Assembly: GCA_002269645.1 (NCBI GenBank)
Contig: NIVC01004416.1
Span: 1 to 46,785 of the forward strand
Length of the DNA stretch: 46,785 bases
DNA from: Macrostomum lignano
Taxonomy: Eukaryota
Direction: 5' to 3'
In this document: piece by piece, positions 1-26,567 of the stretch
Numbering within the stretch: position 1 is the first letter of the stretch
Layout: each line of letters begins with the position of its first letter
Made by a program: the position numbers and the translations under genes
The notes under the pieces: generated by a model
Told to the model about the DNA's origin: nothing
The model's database searches: none
The model's input: only the letters and a program-made list of their open reading frames with translations

Positions 1-1083
1 CAAGCTCCAGTCCGAATTCAGGAGCATCCAAAGTCCATAATTGTCAACGATGGCGATCCATTTGAGCTTATCGTCCGACTGGAATCTGGAGACCCCGGAC
101 TATCTGCCAGGTGGACACTCGATGGAAGTCCAGTCTCTGATGACTTTGAAGTTGTCTCCGATCCCGGTGCAGGAGTGTTTCGACTCAAATCGCCCGAGGC
201 ACTCTATCCAGACGACAGCGGCAACTACCGAGTGGCTGCTACCAGAAACTGGTCTGGCCACCCAGTGCACCGTCTGCGTGCGACCGCCGCCTGAAGAAGA
301 AGCCGAAGACAAGTTGGGCAGCCATCAGCTTTTCGAGAGTTTTCCAAATTCAGTCACCATTGACGAAGGAGAATCTGTGGTTGTTAGCTGCCGCACGAAG
401 CAACCCATAAAAGGTAAAAAACCAATGAATCTATTGATAGCTCTGCGGTAACGCTTCTTACTCCCTTGCAAAAGAACTTGAGTTCGATTCCTTTTTACAA
501 TAAATTCAAGCCTTGATTGAAGCAGTTCCCAAAGCGGAACTAACGGTAAAATAGACTGAAGACAAGGTTCTTTGTGTCACAAAATTAGTAAAGCATTGTT
601 ATAACAAAGGTTTTGCTACCAACGCAACGCACTGAGAATGTAAGTTAAGTACTAAGTTAGTCGGTTTACTATTTTCAGAAGCTACGTGGTTCAAAGATGG
701 CTCCCAACTGCTGCCAACGGAAGACGATCGATTAAGCGTTATGTGCATTGGCGAATGCGACTTGAATCTGAGCATCCGCGTTGGTTTGAGCACTGACTCA
801 GGCTGCTACGAGCTGAGAGTCGTCGCAGCATCCGGGATGACTGGATTAGCGGCCTTCAGTCTGCAGGTAATTCCTATTTTATAATTGAATAGCTTGAGCT
901 ACTGCATCATTCTATCATTAGAAAATAGATAAACAAGTCAAATATATATACTCGTACGTTCTAAGGTTGTCAATTTCAATAGAAGTCAGCCAAGCAATTC
1001 GCTGCGGTTTGTTCCAGATACTTCCAGGAGAGGAGCTGAACCACAGCGAGCTGGCGAGCATCCTCGAGAGTCACTTGAATTGA
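1..1083 (+). CDS. 3' end of a multi-immunoglobulin (I-set) domain protein, titin/twitchin-like; exons <1-413, 679-866, 1018-1083, with one frameshift near 241-260
   Basis: Frame 1 from base 1 reads QAPVRIQEHPKSIIVNDGDPFELIV...RWTLDG...YPDDSGNYRVAA (I-set pattern). Frame 2 then gives TQCTVCV...FPNSVTIDEGESVVVSCRTKQPIK. Donor AAG/GTAAAA at 414. Acceptor TTTTCAG (678) gives EATWFKDGSQL...DSGCYELRV...FSLQ, donor at 867. Acceptor TTCCAG (1017) gives ILPGEELNHSELASILESHLN* (TGA 1081-1083). Splice phases are consistent. Confidence 0.8.
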
Positions 1084-1961
1084 TGTTGACACATTCGGCG
1101 GAATGAAATGTTTCGAGCAATACTTTCACTGTTTATCTATCAATTTCGCGAGTGGAAATTTCTATCAACGCAGTTTAGAGCGTATTTTCTAACCGCAAAC
1201 TCCTTTTTCAATGAACTTTTCTTCTCTCCGAATAGAACAGAAAAAAATGGTCGGGTGAAATCTGCCTAAGATAATTCTGATTTTATTTTTTCGATTTTCT
1301 GTTCATGCTGTTTACATGCACTCGTAGTTCATGTTATTTGTATGCGAAGTGATCAGCCTTCATTTTCGTTTATTTTGGTATGAGAATTATTGAAATCGCC
1401 ATTACTATTGGACTATTTCCCTCTGTCCCTTATCAATACCGTTTGCTCCTTTACTAAACTCTGCATAAACCTGTTTCCCAACTACCAGTTAAAAAGTATT
1501 ACACTTGCTGCTAACCCTGTCACGCGAAAAATACAGTAATTCTCCTCTGTCCTTGACTGTTTTTTCACGTTTTAAATGCAAAACGCTTTTGGTGACGGTT
1601 TCCGTATATTTTATCAGAATATTTCTGACCGCAGCGCTTCAAAAATTATTAACAAATTTTGCTTGTAATGCTTACTGATTTTGTGCTTCGTCAATTATGG
1701 AATACTGTCAGGATATTTTTTAAACCAAATGTGACTACCATGAGTAAATGGAGCAATTTTTCAAGATCACTTATGTGCAACGAAGAGGTCTAATAGCACA
1801 GTGGGTAAAGTTAACATAAGTTAAGCAGAGTTAGCCACCGGTTAGTACGCAGATAAATGGGCTGTGTGAGTCGAACTGAGTAAGGGGCTTAGGCTGAGCG
1901 CTATGGCGTCAGTGGCGTACGCAGGAATTTTAATTGGAGGAGGGCCGCAACCCTAAGGGTT

Positions 1962-2448
1962 TCTTCATGGACACCTGGTCTCTTCATGGACACCTGGTCT
2001 CTTCATGGACACCTGGTCTCTTCATGCACACCCCAGTCTCTTCATGGACACTCCAGTCTCTTCATGGACACCCCAGTCTCTTCATGGACACCCCAGTCTC
2101 TTCATGGACACCCCAGTCTCTTCATGGACACCCCAGTCTCTTCATGGACACCCCGGTCTCTTCATGGACACCTGGTCTCTTCATGGACACCTGGTCTCTT
2201 CATGGACACCTGGTCTCTTCATGGACACCCCAGTCTCTTCATGGACACCCCAGTCTCTTCATGGACACCCCAGTCTCTTCATGGACACCCCAGTCTCTTC
2301 ATGGACACCCCAGTCTCTTCATGGACACCCCGGTCTCTTCATGGACACCCCGGTCTCTTCATGGACACCCCAGTCTCTTCATGGACACCCCAGTCTCTTC
2401 ATGGACACCCCAGTCTCTTCATGGACACCCCGGTCTCTTCATGGACAC
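1962..2448. repeat. Minisatellite, 19-20 bp unit TCTCTTCATGGACACC(CCAG/TGG)
   Basis: Directly visible tandem array; it generates three overlapping repetitive ORFs. Confidence 0.97.
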
Positions 2449-4388
2449 ACCCTGTTTCTTGGGCCGCTGGATGCAGCAGCACTGGTTTAGCAGCACTGAT
2501 CTTCGGTAGAACTACAGGGCAGGAGTTGCAATCCCACAACCTCAGCACTCACTGTACAAGATGTCTTCAAACTGGGCACAACCCTCGGATGCTGCACCTT
2601 TCTATGCAAATTAGTAAATCCACGTTTTCCAAATGCGAGCAAACCCTAGCAGCCACAAAGGTGGCGGCCTAAATAGTCACACGCATGTACAAAGCACCCA
2701 CCCCCCCCATCAGACAGCCAACACCCAAACAGCCCCCTCTGCATTACTCGTAAAGGCGGTTAGCCCTCGCGGGCTCGCGCAAACCGATGCAAAAACAAAA
2801 ATTTTAAGCTTGCATCCTTCCAATCTGAGCTATTATTAATTGACTAAATAAGTACCTTATGCTTCATACTAACGTATTTTTACTATGAAACAGTCATTCG
2901 TTGAGTAACAGTATCGTATATGACTAGTACATTTTTTTAACGATCAAAACGTAAAGTACTATTTGCGCAACTTCACGAATAATCTTAATCAACAATTCAA
3001 TTTCAAACACGCGTGCGATTTTAAATTGCGTTTTTCGGTTTTTGCTTGCTATCAAATAATTGTTTTTTTTAATTTAATGAGAATGGCAAGTTTGTGAAGG
3101 TTAACCTTGCTATTGTGTTGTTTAAGGCGATTATTAAATTAAGAAGCTGCAAAAAAATTTCGTTACAAGGCGGAACGAACAAAACCTGCCTGAAAATATT
3201 TATATAGTTTTTACTCTCTTAGCTGAGATTATTTTGAGGCACCAATTTCCCGGTGTAGTGCTAGCTACGAGCTATAGGCTTAAAAATATCACGCGACACG
3301 ACCAGTTAGAAGGAAATTCCGGCGCAACCTCGGAACAGCCAGAATAAGAGGGGCAGAGAGGGATCAGGTTACTTCTTCTGACTAATTCTTGAACTGTCCG
3401 ACTCAATCACTGAGCAGTGAGTTGGGCCCACACGCGCTTCTACTACTCCAGGGGTCTCAGCGGCTGCAGCTGGACAGGGGATTATTGCACAGCCGCGTCA
3501 GTCGCGAGAGACGACAGGATTTCCCACCAGCTTTTATTTTCTGGGCGACGGAAGGACAGAATGATGAAGAAAAAATACTAGACGACTTTGGGGAGGGGCG
3601 AGTGCGGGAATCACAATTGATTAGAGCCAGTGAAGCAAGCCAACAACGCTCCATCTTCGGCCTCTTTCATATTCTCAGCGTCTCACCCTCCCTCCTGCCC
3701 CCCTCTCACACGCGCTCTCACTCGGTCTCTCTTCGTTATCGATGGAGCAAAATTGAATCGTCCAGGGGAAAAGTTATCCCCGCGGCAAATTCACTTATCT
3801 CTCCTCACCCACCCGGTACGGACTCCTGTAGATCCCTCTGCTCTCCCCTCTCCATTCCGCCTCTCCTTCTCGTCAAGGACAGGAGGAGGGGAGGGTCGGA
3901 GCACGCAGGATTGGCTTGTCTAGCTGGGCGCCTGTTAGAACCGAAGAGGGTCTCAATAAGCGACCAATTTTGACGGAACATCGGTAGAAATATCCCAACT
4001 AACCCCCACCCCATCCCGCCTGTTTCACCAAAGCACTTCTCCAAAATCCTTCTCAGCCCCGCTGTTGGGGAGGGACTCTCATTGTCCGCAGATCCAATCT
4101 TGCAGCTAAGTTCTGCTTCGATCCCAGAAACGCGACTAACAGTGGTTTGCTCTCCCTTCTCCCTCTCTTTCGCTCAATTTACCGTCTCTTCATTTTAACA
4201 GCATAGAGCCAGAGAGCAAAGAAGACAGAGCAGATCAGAACGGTTGCCTGCCTCTCCAAACGAAGAATTACATTTTGTTGGCCAGAATTCACCGTGCTAT
4301 CTTTCTCTCCCTCCAAAAAAAAGTGGGATAAAAGTAGCATCGATTCGAGCTGGTGCTTGAGCAGTCAGCCAGCAACACTTCGTCAGAG

Positions 4389-5330
4389 ATGCCACACCGC
4401 CGAGCCATAGTGGTCAGCTTAGCGCTCTTGGCCTGCGTCAGGGTAGCTGTGAGCGAAAGCTACGAATTCCGAGTCCTACCCGGCACCATGACCTGGTCGG
4501 AAGCTGCGGAGGGCTGCGCTCGACTGTCGCTGATTTTGGCTCCGGCAGCGGCCTCCAGGGCGGGCCTGGCCGAGGCCCGGGCCATGTTGGCTCGCGACCG
4601 CGTTACTAAGCGGCTCTGGATTGACGGTCGACGGACGCAGCGTCAGTGCAGCTGCGACTGGGAGTTCGCTGGGGTCGGTGCTGCGACACAGGCCGCTGTA
4701 TCAGAGACTTCCTCGCTCACGCGAAACGAGTGTCTAACCTTGACAGCTCCTGACAATGTGGGGTTCGCCGACTGCTCGCACTACCAGGCCGGGGCTCTGT
4801 GTGCCAAGCCGCCTTCGACGACCACAGCTGCTCCGTTAAGGTCGACGACGAAATCGCCGCCAGAATCGTCATCGTCCTGGCCTGCTGGACAAAATCCTCG
4901 ACAGACACCGACCGCGTCCGGCGATGGAAACGCGACTTGGCTGCCGGCGCTACTAGCGGCCCTGATCATTTGCCTGCTGCTAATAGCGGGCCTTCTAGCG
5001 ATCATTGCTGGCCAGCGGTCGGCCTACCGAGCTCGGGTGAGGCACTCTCATCACCCGGCCGCGTTGTCAGGAAGTCGTCAGTTTCCGCCGCCACCGCGTG
5101 CGACGTCCCTGGCATCGGAGGGTTCCATGGCCGAGGAGGTGGCGTCGAAGAAAATTGACCTGACGGCGTCGGCCAGCTTGTCGTCAAAAATCAGCACTCT
5201 GACGTCAAGTCGATCGCGGGACCCTATTGGATCGAGACTGGCGGCTGCCGCCGTGGCTGATTCTGCAAATTCATCTGTCAGAATGGGAACCAAGGACGGC
5301 AGCAACATCTGCAGCAGCAGACTGCGATGA
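4389..5330 (+). CDS. Type I membrane protein: signal peptide, divergent C-type lectin-like domain, Ser/Thr/Pro stalk, one TM helix, Ser-rich tail
   Basis: ATG at 4389 gives MPHRRAIVVSLALLACVRVAVS (signal-like). CTLD pattern MTWSEAAEGC...LA...LWIDG...C...ECLTL...DC...ALC, stalk STTTAAPLRSTTKSPP, hydrophobic WLPALLAALIICLLLIAGLLAIIAG. The ORF is GC/CpG-rich and uninterrupted. The C-terminus is uncertain (see findings). Confidence 0.75.
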   Translation: MPHRRAIVVSLALLACVRVAVSESYEFRVLPGTMTWSEAAEGCARLSLILAPAAASRAGLAEARAMLARDRVTKRLWIDGRRTQRQCSCDWEFAGVGAATQAAVSETSSLTRNECLTLTAPDNVGFADCSHYQAGALCAKPPSTTTAAPLRSTTKSPPESSSSWPAGQNPRQTPTASGDGNATWLPALLAALIICLLLIAGLLAIIAGQRSAYRARVRHSHHPAALSGSRQFPPPPRATSLASEGSMAEEVASKKIDLTASASLSSKISTLTSSRSRDPIGSRLAAAAVADSANSSVRMGTKDGSNICSSRLR

Positions 5331-5694
5331 GGTGAGAGCTCAATCGGTTCAAATGTAAACTACCTTAATGTACTTCAATGTAAGTAAAGTCACAGATAAT
5401 GCGCTCGTACATGTATTTTGCAGTTTTTGGGTGAGACAAGACCGAGTTCTACAGAGAGCTATGGCTAGTTAATCTGATATAGTTCATATATAATGGACAG
5501 TCAAGCCTCCGTACAGACAAAACGCTCTACTCTAGGCTGTGAAGTGTTAAAGTGGCAGCGATTGTCTATGGTCGGCCCTGCGTTCCATACCGATAGGCAC
5601 GGATTTCTTATTTCACGGTTTACTCAGAAGCTTCTTTACCCTCTGACTGATCCTGATTACTTCAGATGTTCAGGCGCTGAAAATCACTACAAGC

Positions 5695-5725
<31 letters not shown>

Positions 5726-6002
5726 GCAACAGCAAGTGATTCAGAATCCAGGCATCCACCCAACTGACGAAGGTCCGTGCGAGATGGCGTCTCTCTACGA
5801 CAGCGCGGGTGACCTTCTCATGTCTGAGTCAACAACAACGGGAGCATTAGCAGCGAGACAGTGAAACGAGTCCTGTGAAAACTTGAATTGAATTGTATCG
5901 AAACAGTACATTGTTTTAGTTTGTAATGCTACATGTAAACTGTTTCACGAGCTTTGTATTCCTTCAAAACTTTACCTAATGTATGATATACGCCTTTAGT
6001 GC

Positions 6003-6478
6003 ACCCATTACCCCTTTCCTACCCCTCTGGGCTGGTCGATATGCCACCAACCCACCACTCCATTCCTACCCCTCTGGGCTGTTCGATGTCCCACTAACCC
6101 ACCATTCCATTCCTACCCCTCTGGGCTGGTCGATGTCCCACCAACCCACCACTCCATTCCTACCCCTCTGGGCTGGTCGATGTCCCACCAACCCACCACT
6201 CCATTCCTACCCCTCTGGGCTGTTCGATGTCCCACCAACCCACCACCCCATTCCTACCCCTCTGGGCTGTTCGATTTCCCACTAACCCACCATTCCATTC
6301 CTACCCCTCTGGGCTGTTCGATGTCCCACTAACCCACCATTCCATTCCTAACCCTCTGGACTGGTCAATGTGCCACCACCCCATTCCTACCCCTCTGGGC
6401 TGATCGATGTGCACTAACCCACCACCCCATTCCTACCCCTCTGGGCTGTTCGATGTGCCCCACACACCTACCACCCCC
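6003..6478. repeat. Minisatellite, ~55 bp unit (CCATTCCTACCCCTCTGGGCTG[G/T]TCGATGTCCCAC[C/T]AACCCACCA...)
   Basis: About 8-9 visible tandem copies with small variants. Confidence 0.95.
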
Positions 6479-7085
6479 ATTTCGACCTACCCTTCAATAG
6501 AAATTTCCTGCCGCTTAGCACTTCCTATAACTATCTCATTCTTCCCCTTTACATGACCTTGCATTATTTAGTTTTAAATTGAAACTTTTGAACAATATTA
6601 TAATTTCGTATTTGATGACTAATGTAATAAAACCACGGTTTTTATTGCTCTATCTGTAAAAGCTGTACAGCTGATATATACTCGTAGTTATTGAATTCAT
6701 GTACTCCTGGATTAATATTTCGGTAGAAAAAAAGACACTTTTCTTCTTTTTTTGCTACTCAATAAATAAAATTGCTGTTCGAAGATGGCATACAATGCCT
6801 AGCTGAAATTTCAATTCGAGCTAAAAACTCTTTTTCTGAAAAAATGGACTGGAATCTGGATTAATTCCAGCGTAGATGTTTCTTTATCCATTCAATGAAG
6901 CTCTAAGTACTTTTCAATGGACTGATGGCTTTTATCGAGAGTTTTAATACCTTAGTAGTTGTATTAAATTTTCAATAAAAGATTACTCGAATATTTTCGG
7001 GTCTTTGTGACTCCAATGTATAGGGTAAAAATACGAGGTGAATTTTAGCATTGGCCAAATAACATTGAACACATGACTAAAGTTG

Positions 7086-7219
7086 CTGTTCTTGTTGTTG
7101 TTGTTGTTGTTTTTTGTTGTCGCTTTCTTTGCAGTTGTTGTTGTCGCTGTTGTTATTACTATTGTTGGTTTTGTTGTTGTTGCTGTTGTTATTACTATTG
7201 TTGGTTTTGTTGTTGTTGA
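7086..7219. repeat. Imperfect (GTT)n microsatellite
   Basis: GTT/GCT-rich run with an internal duplicated segment. Confidence 0.85.
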
Positions 7220-7700
7220 TGCTCTAGTTTTTGTTGACTGCAACGTTGGTTCAAATCATCCGACAACTGCTGTCGTCGGTGCTGTTGCTGTTATTAAGTA
7301 TGGAAGACATTTTTTGCCCAATTCATCCTTTCTTACCGCTCTATTTTCAATTTTCCGGTCCATAGAATCCCGGCTACACTATGCCCGCTTCTACAGAATG
7401 AGTCACTCGGATTGGGAGGCTTGCATTATCGTTGCCAATTTGTGTTCAATTTCTGCCAAGACTAAACTCGTTGAGTGTCGCGAGCTGCCAGGCTTTTAGA
7501 ATTGTGTGTTGCATACAGTGGGCGGTGAATGGGTGTGTCACGGATGGAGGAGGCGCGACATGACACAATTATTGCCGAGCAGCAAGATGGATGATGCGCT
7601 GATGATGGCGCATGGGAGGCTGCGATTGCGTCATCACAGAGGCGCTATAAATTCGGCGAATTTAGAGGAAATTGATTTTTTTGTATTTAGAGGAACACTC

Positions 7701-7941
<241 letters not shown>

Positions 7942-8258
7942 CGTAAAACATTCTTTATATTTGCCTAAATTTATCGCTCTACTTTCTCGGTTTAATTTCT
8001 TATTTAATTCCCACGCTTTAATAGCTACTTTTATACCCTATTAGTAGTATCATATGCGTATTGCTTTTTCACAGAATCGACCAATCCGAAAAGTGTTCAG
8101 CAGCGACATGACTTTGAGTCTGGCAATCATTAATTGACTTTTATAAGCCAATCAGAACGCGCCAAAATCATGCAGTGCTCATAAAAAAGAGATTTAAAAA
8201 CCAATAGTTTAAGTTCAGAACTTTCTGTCTGAGTACTGAATCAACTTGTGCAGCTGAA

Positions 8259-15963
<7,705 letters not shown>

Positions 15964-15988
15964 AAGCCGATTATTACTGCTAAGTAAA

Positions 15989-16757
15989 TTAGCTAGATGC
16001 TTAGCTAGATGCTTAGCTAGATGCTTAGCTAGATGCTTAGCTAGATGCTTAGCTAGATGCTTAGCTAGATGCTTAGCTAGATGCTTAGCTAGATGCCTAG
16101 CTAGATGCCTAGCTAGATGCTTAGCTAGATGCTTAGCTAGATGCTTAGCTAGATGCTTAGCTTGATGCTTAGCTAGATGCTTAGCTAGATGCTTAGCTAG
16201 ATGCTTAGCTAGATGCTTAGCTAGATGCTTAGCTAGATGCTTAGCTAGATGCTTAGCTAGATGCCTAGCTAGATGCCTAGCTAGATGCTTAGCTGGATGC
16301 TTAGCTAGATGCTTAGCTAGATGCTTAGCTAGATGCTTAGCTAGATGCTTAGCTAGATGCCTAGCTAGATGCCTAGCTAGATGCTTAGCTAGATGCTTAG
16401 CTAGATGCTTAGCTTGATGCTTAGCTAGATGCTTAGCTAGATGCTTAGCTAGATGCTTAGCTAGATGCCTAGCTAGATGCCTAGCTAGATGCCTAGCTAG
16501 ATGCTTAGCTTGATGCTTAGCTAGATGCTTAGCTAGATGCTTAGCTAGCTGCTAAGCTAGCTGCTTAGCTAGATGCCTAGCTAGATGCTTAGCTAGATGC
16601 TTAGCTAGATGCTTAGCTTGATGCTTAGCTAGATGCTTAGCTAGATGCTTAGCTAGATGCTTAGCTAGCTGCTAAGCTAGCTGCTTAGCTAGATGCCTAG
16701 CTAGATGCCTAGCTAGATGCTTAGCTAGATGCCTAGCTAGATGCTTAGTTAGATGCT
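15989..16757. repeat. 12-bp tandem array (AGCTAGATGCTT)n, ~64 units, starting ~25 nt after the SLC7 stop codon
   Basis: Directly visible; variants include GCCT, GCTTGA and CTGCTA. Confidence 0.98.
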
Positions 16758-16925
16758 AAGTCATGCAATTTGCACGACTTTCATGTGTCCATGAAAGAGT
16801 CCCGGTATGTGTAAAATTGCATCAGTTTTAATGATTCAGGTGTCGTTCGATGCTCGTTAATGTGAGTCGTTTTTTCCAAGGGCGGGGTTGCGGGTGCTGT
16901 GCCACTTTCAAAGCGTTAATTAGGG

Positions 16926-16931
16926 AATAAA
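16926..16931 (+). terminator. Candidate polyadenylation signal of the SLC7 gene
   Basis: First AATAAA I find downstream of the stop at 15963; inference only. Confidence 0.35.
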
Positions 16932-17216
16932 CATATTTTTCCTTTTTTGAGAGAGCGGCACTGGAACACAAACTCTTTCATCCGCTCCTGATTATTAAAG
17001 CAATTAGTTCTTTCATGGCAATCTCAAACAAACTTTGGCATTGTAAACTTCCTATAAATTCGCTGTATTATCAGTTCCAGTAATTAGAACTATCCTACAA
17101 TCAATTAGTTGTCTTTGTCGTGCGTGTTCTTCAACATTCGTTGTGTCACGCTCGCGATCCGGGCTTTGATAGAGCCTTAATTGGCAAACTGCGCTGACTT
17201 AAGCGACAAAAGATTC

Positions 17217-17224
17217 TATAAAAG
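17217..17224 (+). promoter_or_regulatory. Candidate TATA box for NIT-GC
   Basis: TATAAAAG 60 nt upstream of the ATG at 17284; position is plausible but unverified. Confidence 0.3.
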
Positions 17225-17283
17225 GGGGCTTCGGATGCTTCGACCCCCTCCCTAGGAGCTGTAGGATTGCTCAAGCAGCAGAC

Positions 17284-23959
<6,676 letters not shown>

Positions 23960-25132
23960 AGACTTGATAATGAATAATTTGAATACGAGACACTTTCAAG
24001 TATATTTGGAAAGCAAATTTAAGGCTCAGTTTCGCCCACAGATACTAAAATGACTAGTTTGGCCACTCAGGTACATTTATATTTAGTAAAACAGCTTTCT
24101 ACTTTCAGTTCAGTAGCAAAGAAGAATACATAAGCTATTTTATAAAAATAAAGGCGGCTGAAATGATTTTGATAAGTTTAGAACCCCAAGCTTTCAGGCG
24201 TAAACAGCTTGCTAATTGGTTCAGCAATAATGTACATTGGCCAGTCCACTGAAATGTACATGGCAGTTCCGAGAAAGGCAATTAAAATTGAGGCGGAGCG
24301 GGGGGGGGGTCAGTGTGGAAAGGCGCGGTTAGAGGGTTTAAGCTGGGGGGATAAGAGCCAATAAATGAGCCTTGGCTTTAAAATACATTAAAATGCTTCA
24401 GTTTAGCTCACTACTTAACTGAAAGTAGCTTTCACGCAAATGTGCTGAGTGGCCCATCTAGTTATTCTAGATCTTTGGTTTCGCCTGAAAAATGCATTAG
24501 CAAGATAAAAAGTTATTTCTACAGTTTAAATTTAATAATGCAATATTTTTGGCAGGGAATTTGAGCCTTCAAAACACATTTCCAAGAATTTTTTGAAGTG
24601 AGTGAGACGAACTTTGTCCGGATTTTTCTGGAAGACAAACTAGATGTAGACATTGTTGTGGAAGTTATTTTAACTCTTTGAGACCATACTGAATAGGAAT
24701 TCGATTTGTTATAGGTCTGTTCGTGTAGGAAGCAGATTTTTAGCTTAGCTTAGAAATTTTAGCCTACCTTCTGCAGTAATTCATAACTTAAGTAATTTTA
24801 GCTGTGCAAAACTGGTTTTCAATTAGATTTTGAAGTCTAATATTATCATTATTTTTGTAACCCAAGTTTATCGCACTTCACAAGCTTGTTCTGCACTTTA
24901 CACTTGCTAATTAGGCTGCTCAGATCTGCCGCACTACATATATCATACATACTGAACTGACACTAAATATAATATAAATTAGTTTCATAGTGTGCAATAC
25001 AATTGATAAAAACACAATGCACACTACCGATATTTTAAGCTTCGAAAGTAACTGTATTTTGCTTGTTTACGTTAATTAATTTTTCCCTAATTTACCCCAT
25101 GACTTGGTGAGTACATGTACGTGGCGAATATG

Positions 25133-25610
25133 GTAGAGTAGAGTAGTTAGCAGATACGGTAGAGAATGGCCGAATGGGTAGCAGATATGGTAGAGTAGAG
25201 TAAATAGCAGATACGGTAGAAAATGGGTAGCAGATGTGGTAGAGTAGAGAAGAAGGTAGCGGATCTGGTAGAGTAGAGAGTAGGTAGCGGATCTGGTAGA
25301 GTAGAGAGTAGGTAGCGGATCTGGTAGAGTAGAGAGTAGGTAGCGGATCTGGTAGAGTAGAGAGTAGGTAGCGGATCTGGTAGAGTAGAGAGTAGGTAGC
25401 GGATCTGGTAGAGTAGAGAGTAGGTAGCGGATCTGGTAGAGTAGAGAGTAGGTAGCGGATCTGGTAGAGTAGAGAGTAGGTAGCGGATCTGGTAGAGTAG
25501 AGAGTAGGTAGCGGATCTGGTAGAGTAGAGAGTAGGTAGCGGATCTGGTAGAGTAGAGAGTAGGTAGCGGAGCTGGTAGAGTGGAGGGCAAGTAGCAGAT
25601 AATGGTAGAG
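25133..25610. repeat. 28-bp minisatellite (GGTAGCGGATCTGGTAGAGTAGAGAGTA), 11 core units; paralogous array 35218-35585 has 9
   Basis: Core units counted from 25255 to 25563 and from 35289 to 35541. Confidence 0.95.
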
Positions 25611-26567
25611 TACGAGCTAGGGAGTAGATAGATAGCGATTGCAGTAGATAAGTCTCAGAAGCAGACATGACAAACTAGAAAAGAGATGGATAGCAGAGTC
25701 AAGAAGGGTAAAAATTCACAAAGTCTACAAAATTACCGTGACGGAAATCTCAATTAGTAAATATATAACATGTACTATAAGAACATTATTAAAAGTACAA
25801 GCATATATTTATTTGACACCACAAAGCTGACTTGTTAAACGTACAAATAACGATGCATGTAAGGTATTGATTAGTTACTAAATATAGTTATGAACTGTAT
25901 GCGATAGAGAAACTATAAAGTAGCAGAATTACATATAAATCATTACTGCTTATTACTGGAATATCAGACAGTAAGACGCATACAGAGCCTCACAATAATT
26001 ATATTTTAAGCACACTGAGAGCTGCCAAAACTGCACTGAACGATAATTTGTTATTGATGTATCATTTTACTAAGGACAGCCAGAATATTACAACGGGCAC
26101 GAAAAAATGCTTAAAGTTGTGCCATTGTAAATCATCTATCCCGCCTGTCACGGTCTTTGTCTCGATGCCGATGATGCTCTTTGTTGCTGCTGTGCTTTCG
26201 ATGCCTGTCCTCTCTATCCCGGTCGCGATCCCGGTCTCTGTCCCGGTCCCGATCACGGTCACGGTCCCGATCACGGTCCCGATCACGGTCCCGATCATGG
26301 TCACGGCCACGATCACGGTCTCGGTCCCGATCACGGACACGGTCCCGATCATGGTCACGGTCCCGAACACGGTCTCGATCACGTGCCCGGTCACGGTCTC
26401 GAGAATCGCACGACTTGCTGTGACGCTGCTCGCGGTCCCGATCCCGGGAATGCGATCTAAGACGGGATCTGGATCTCGATCTGCAATATTGGTGATAAAC
26501 AGGGATTGATTGACCAGTATTCTCTCCTAACATCTCTCTTCACTCTCTGCCTGCATCTCTCTCTTTT

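Noticed and set aside
1934-2672. Three overlapping ORFs with MDTP/SLHGH repeats
   Set aside because: All are produced by the 19-20 bp minisatellite.
3389-3973. 194-aa ORF upstream of the lectin gene
   Set aside because: Non-ATG start and no recognisable domain; more likely promoter or 5' UTR sequence.
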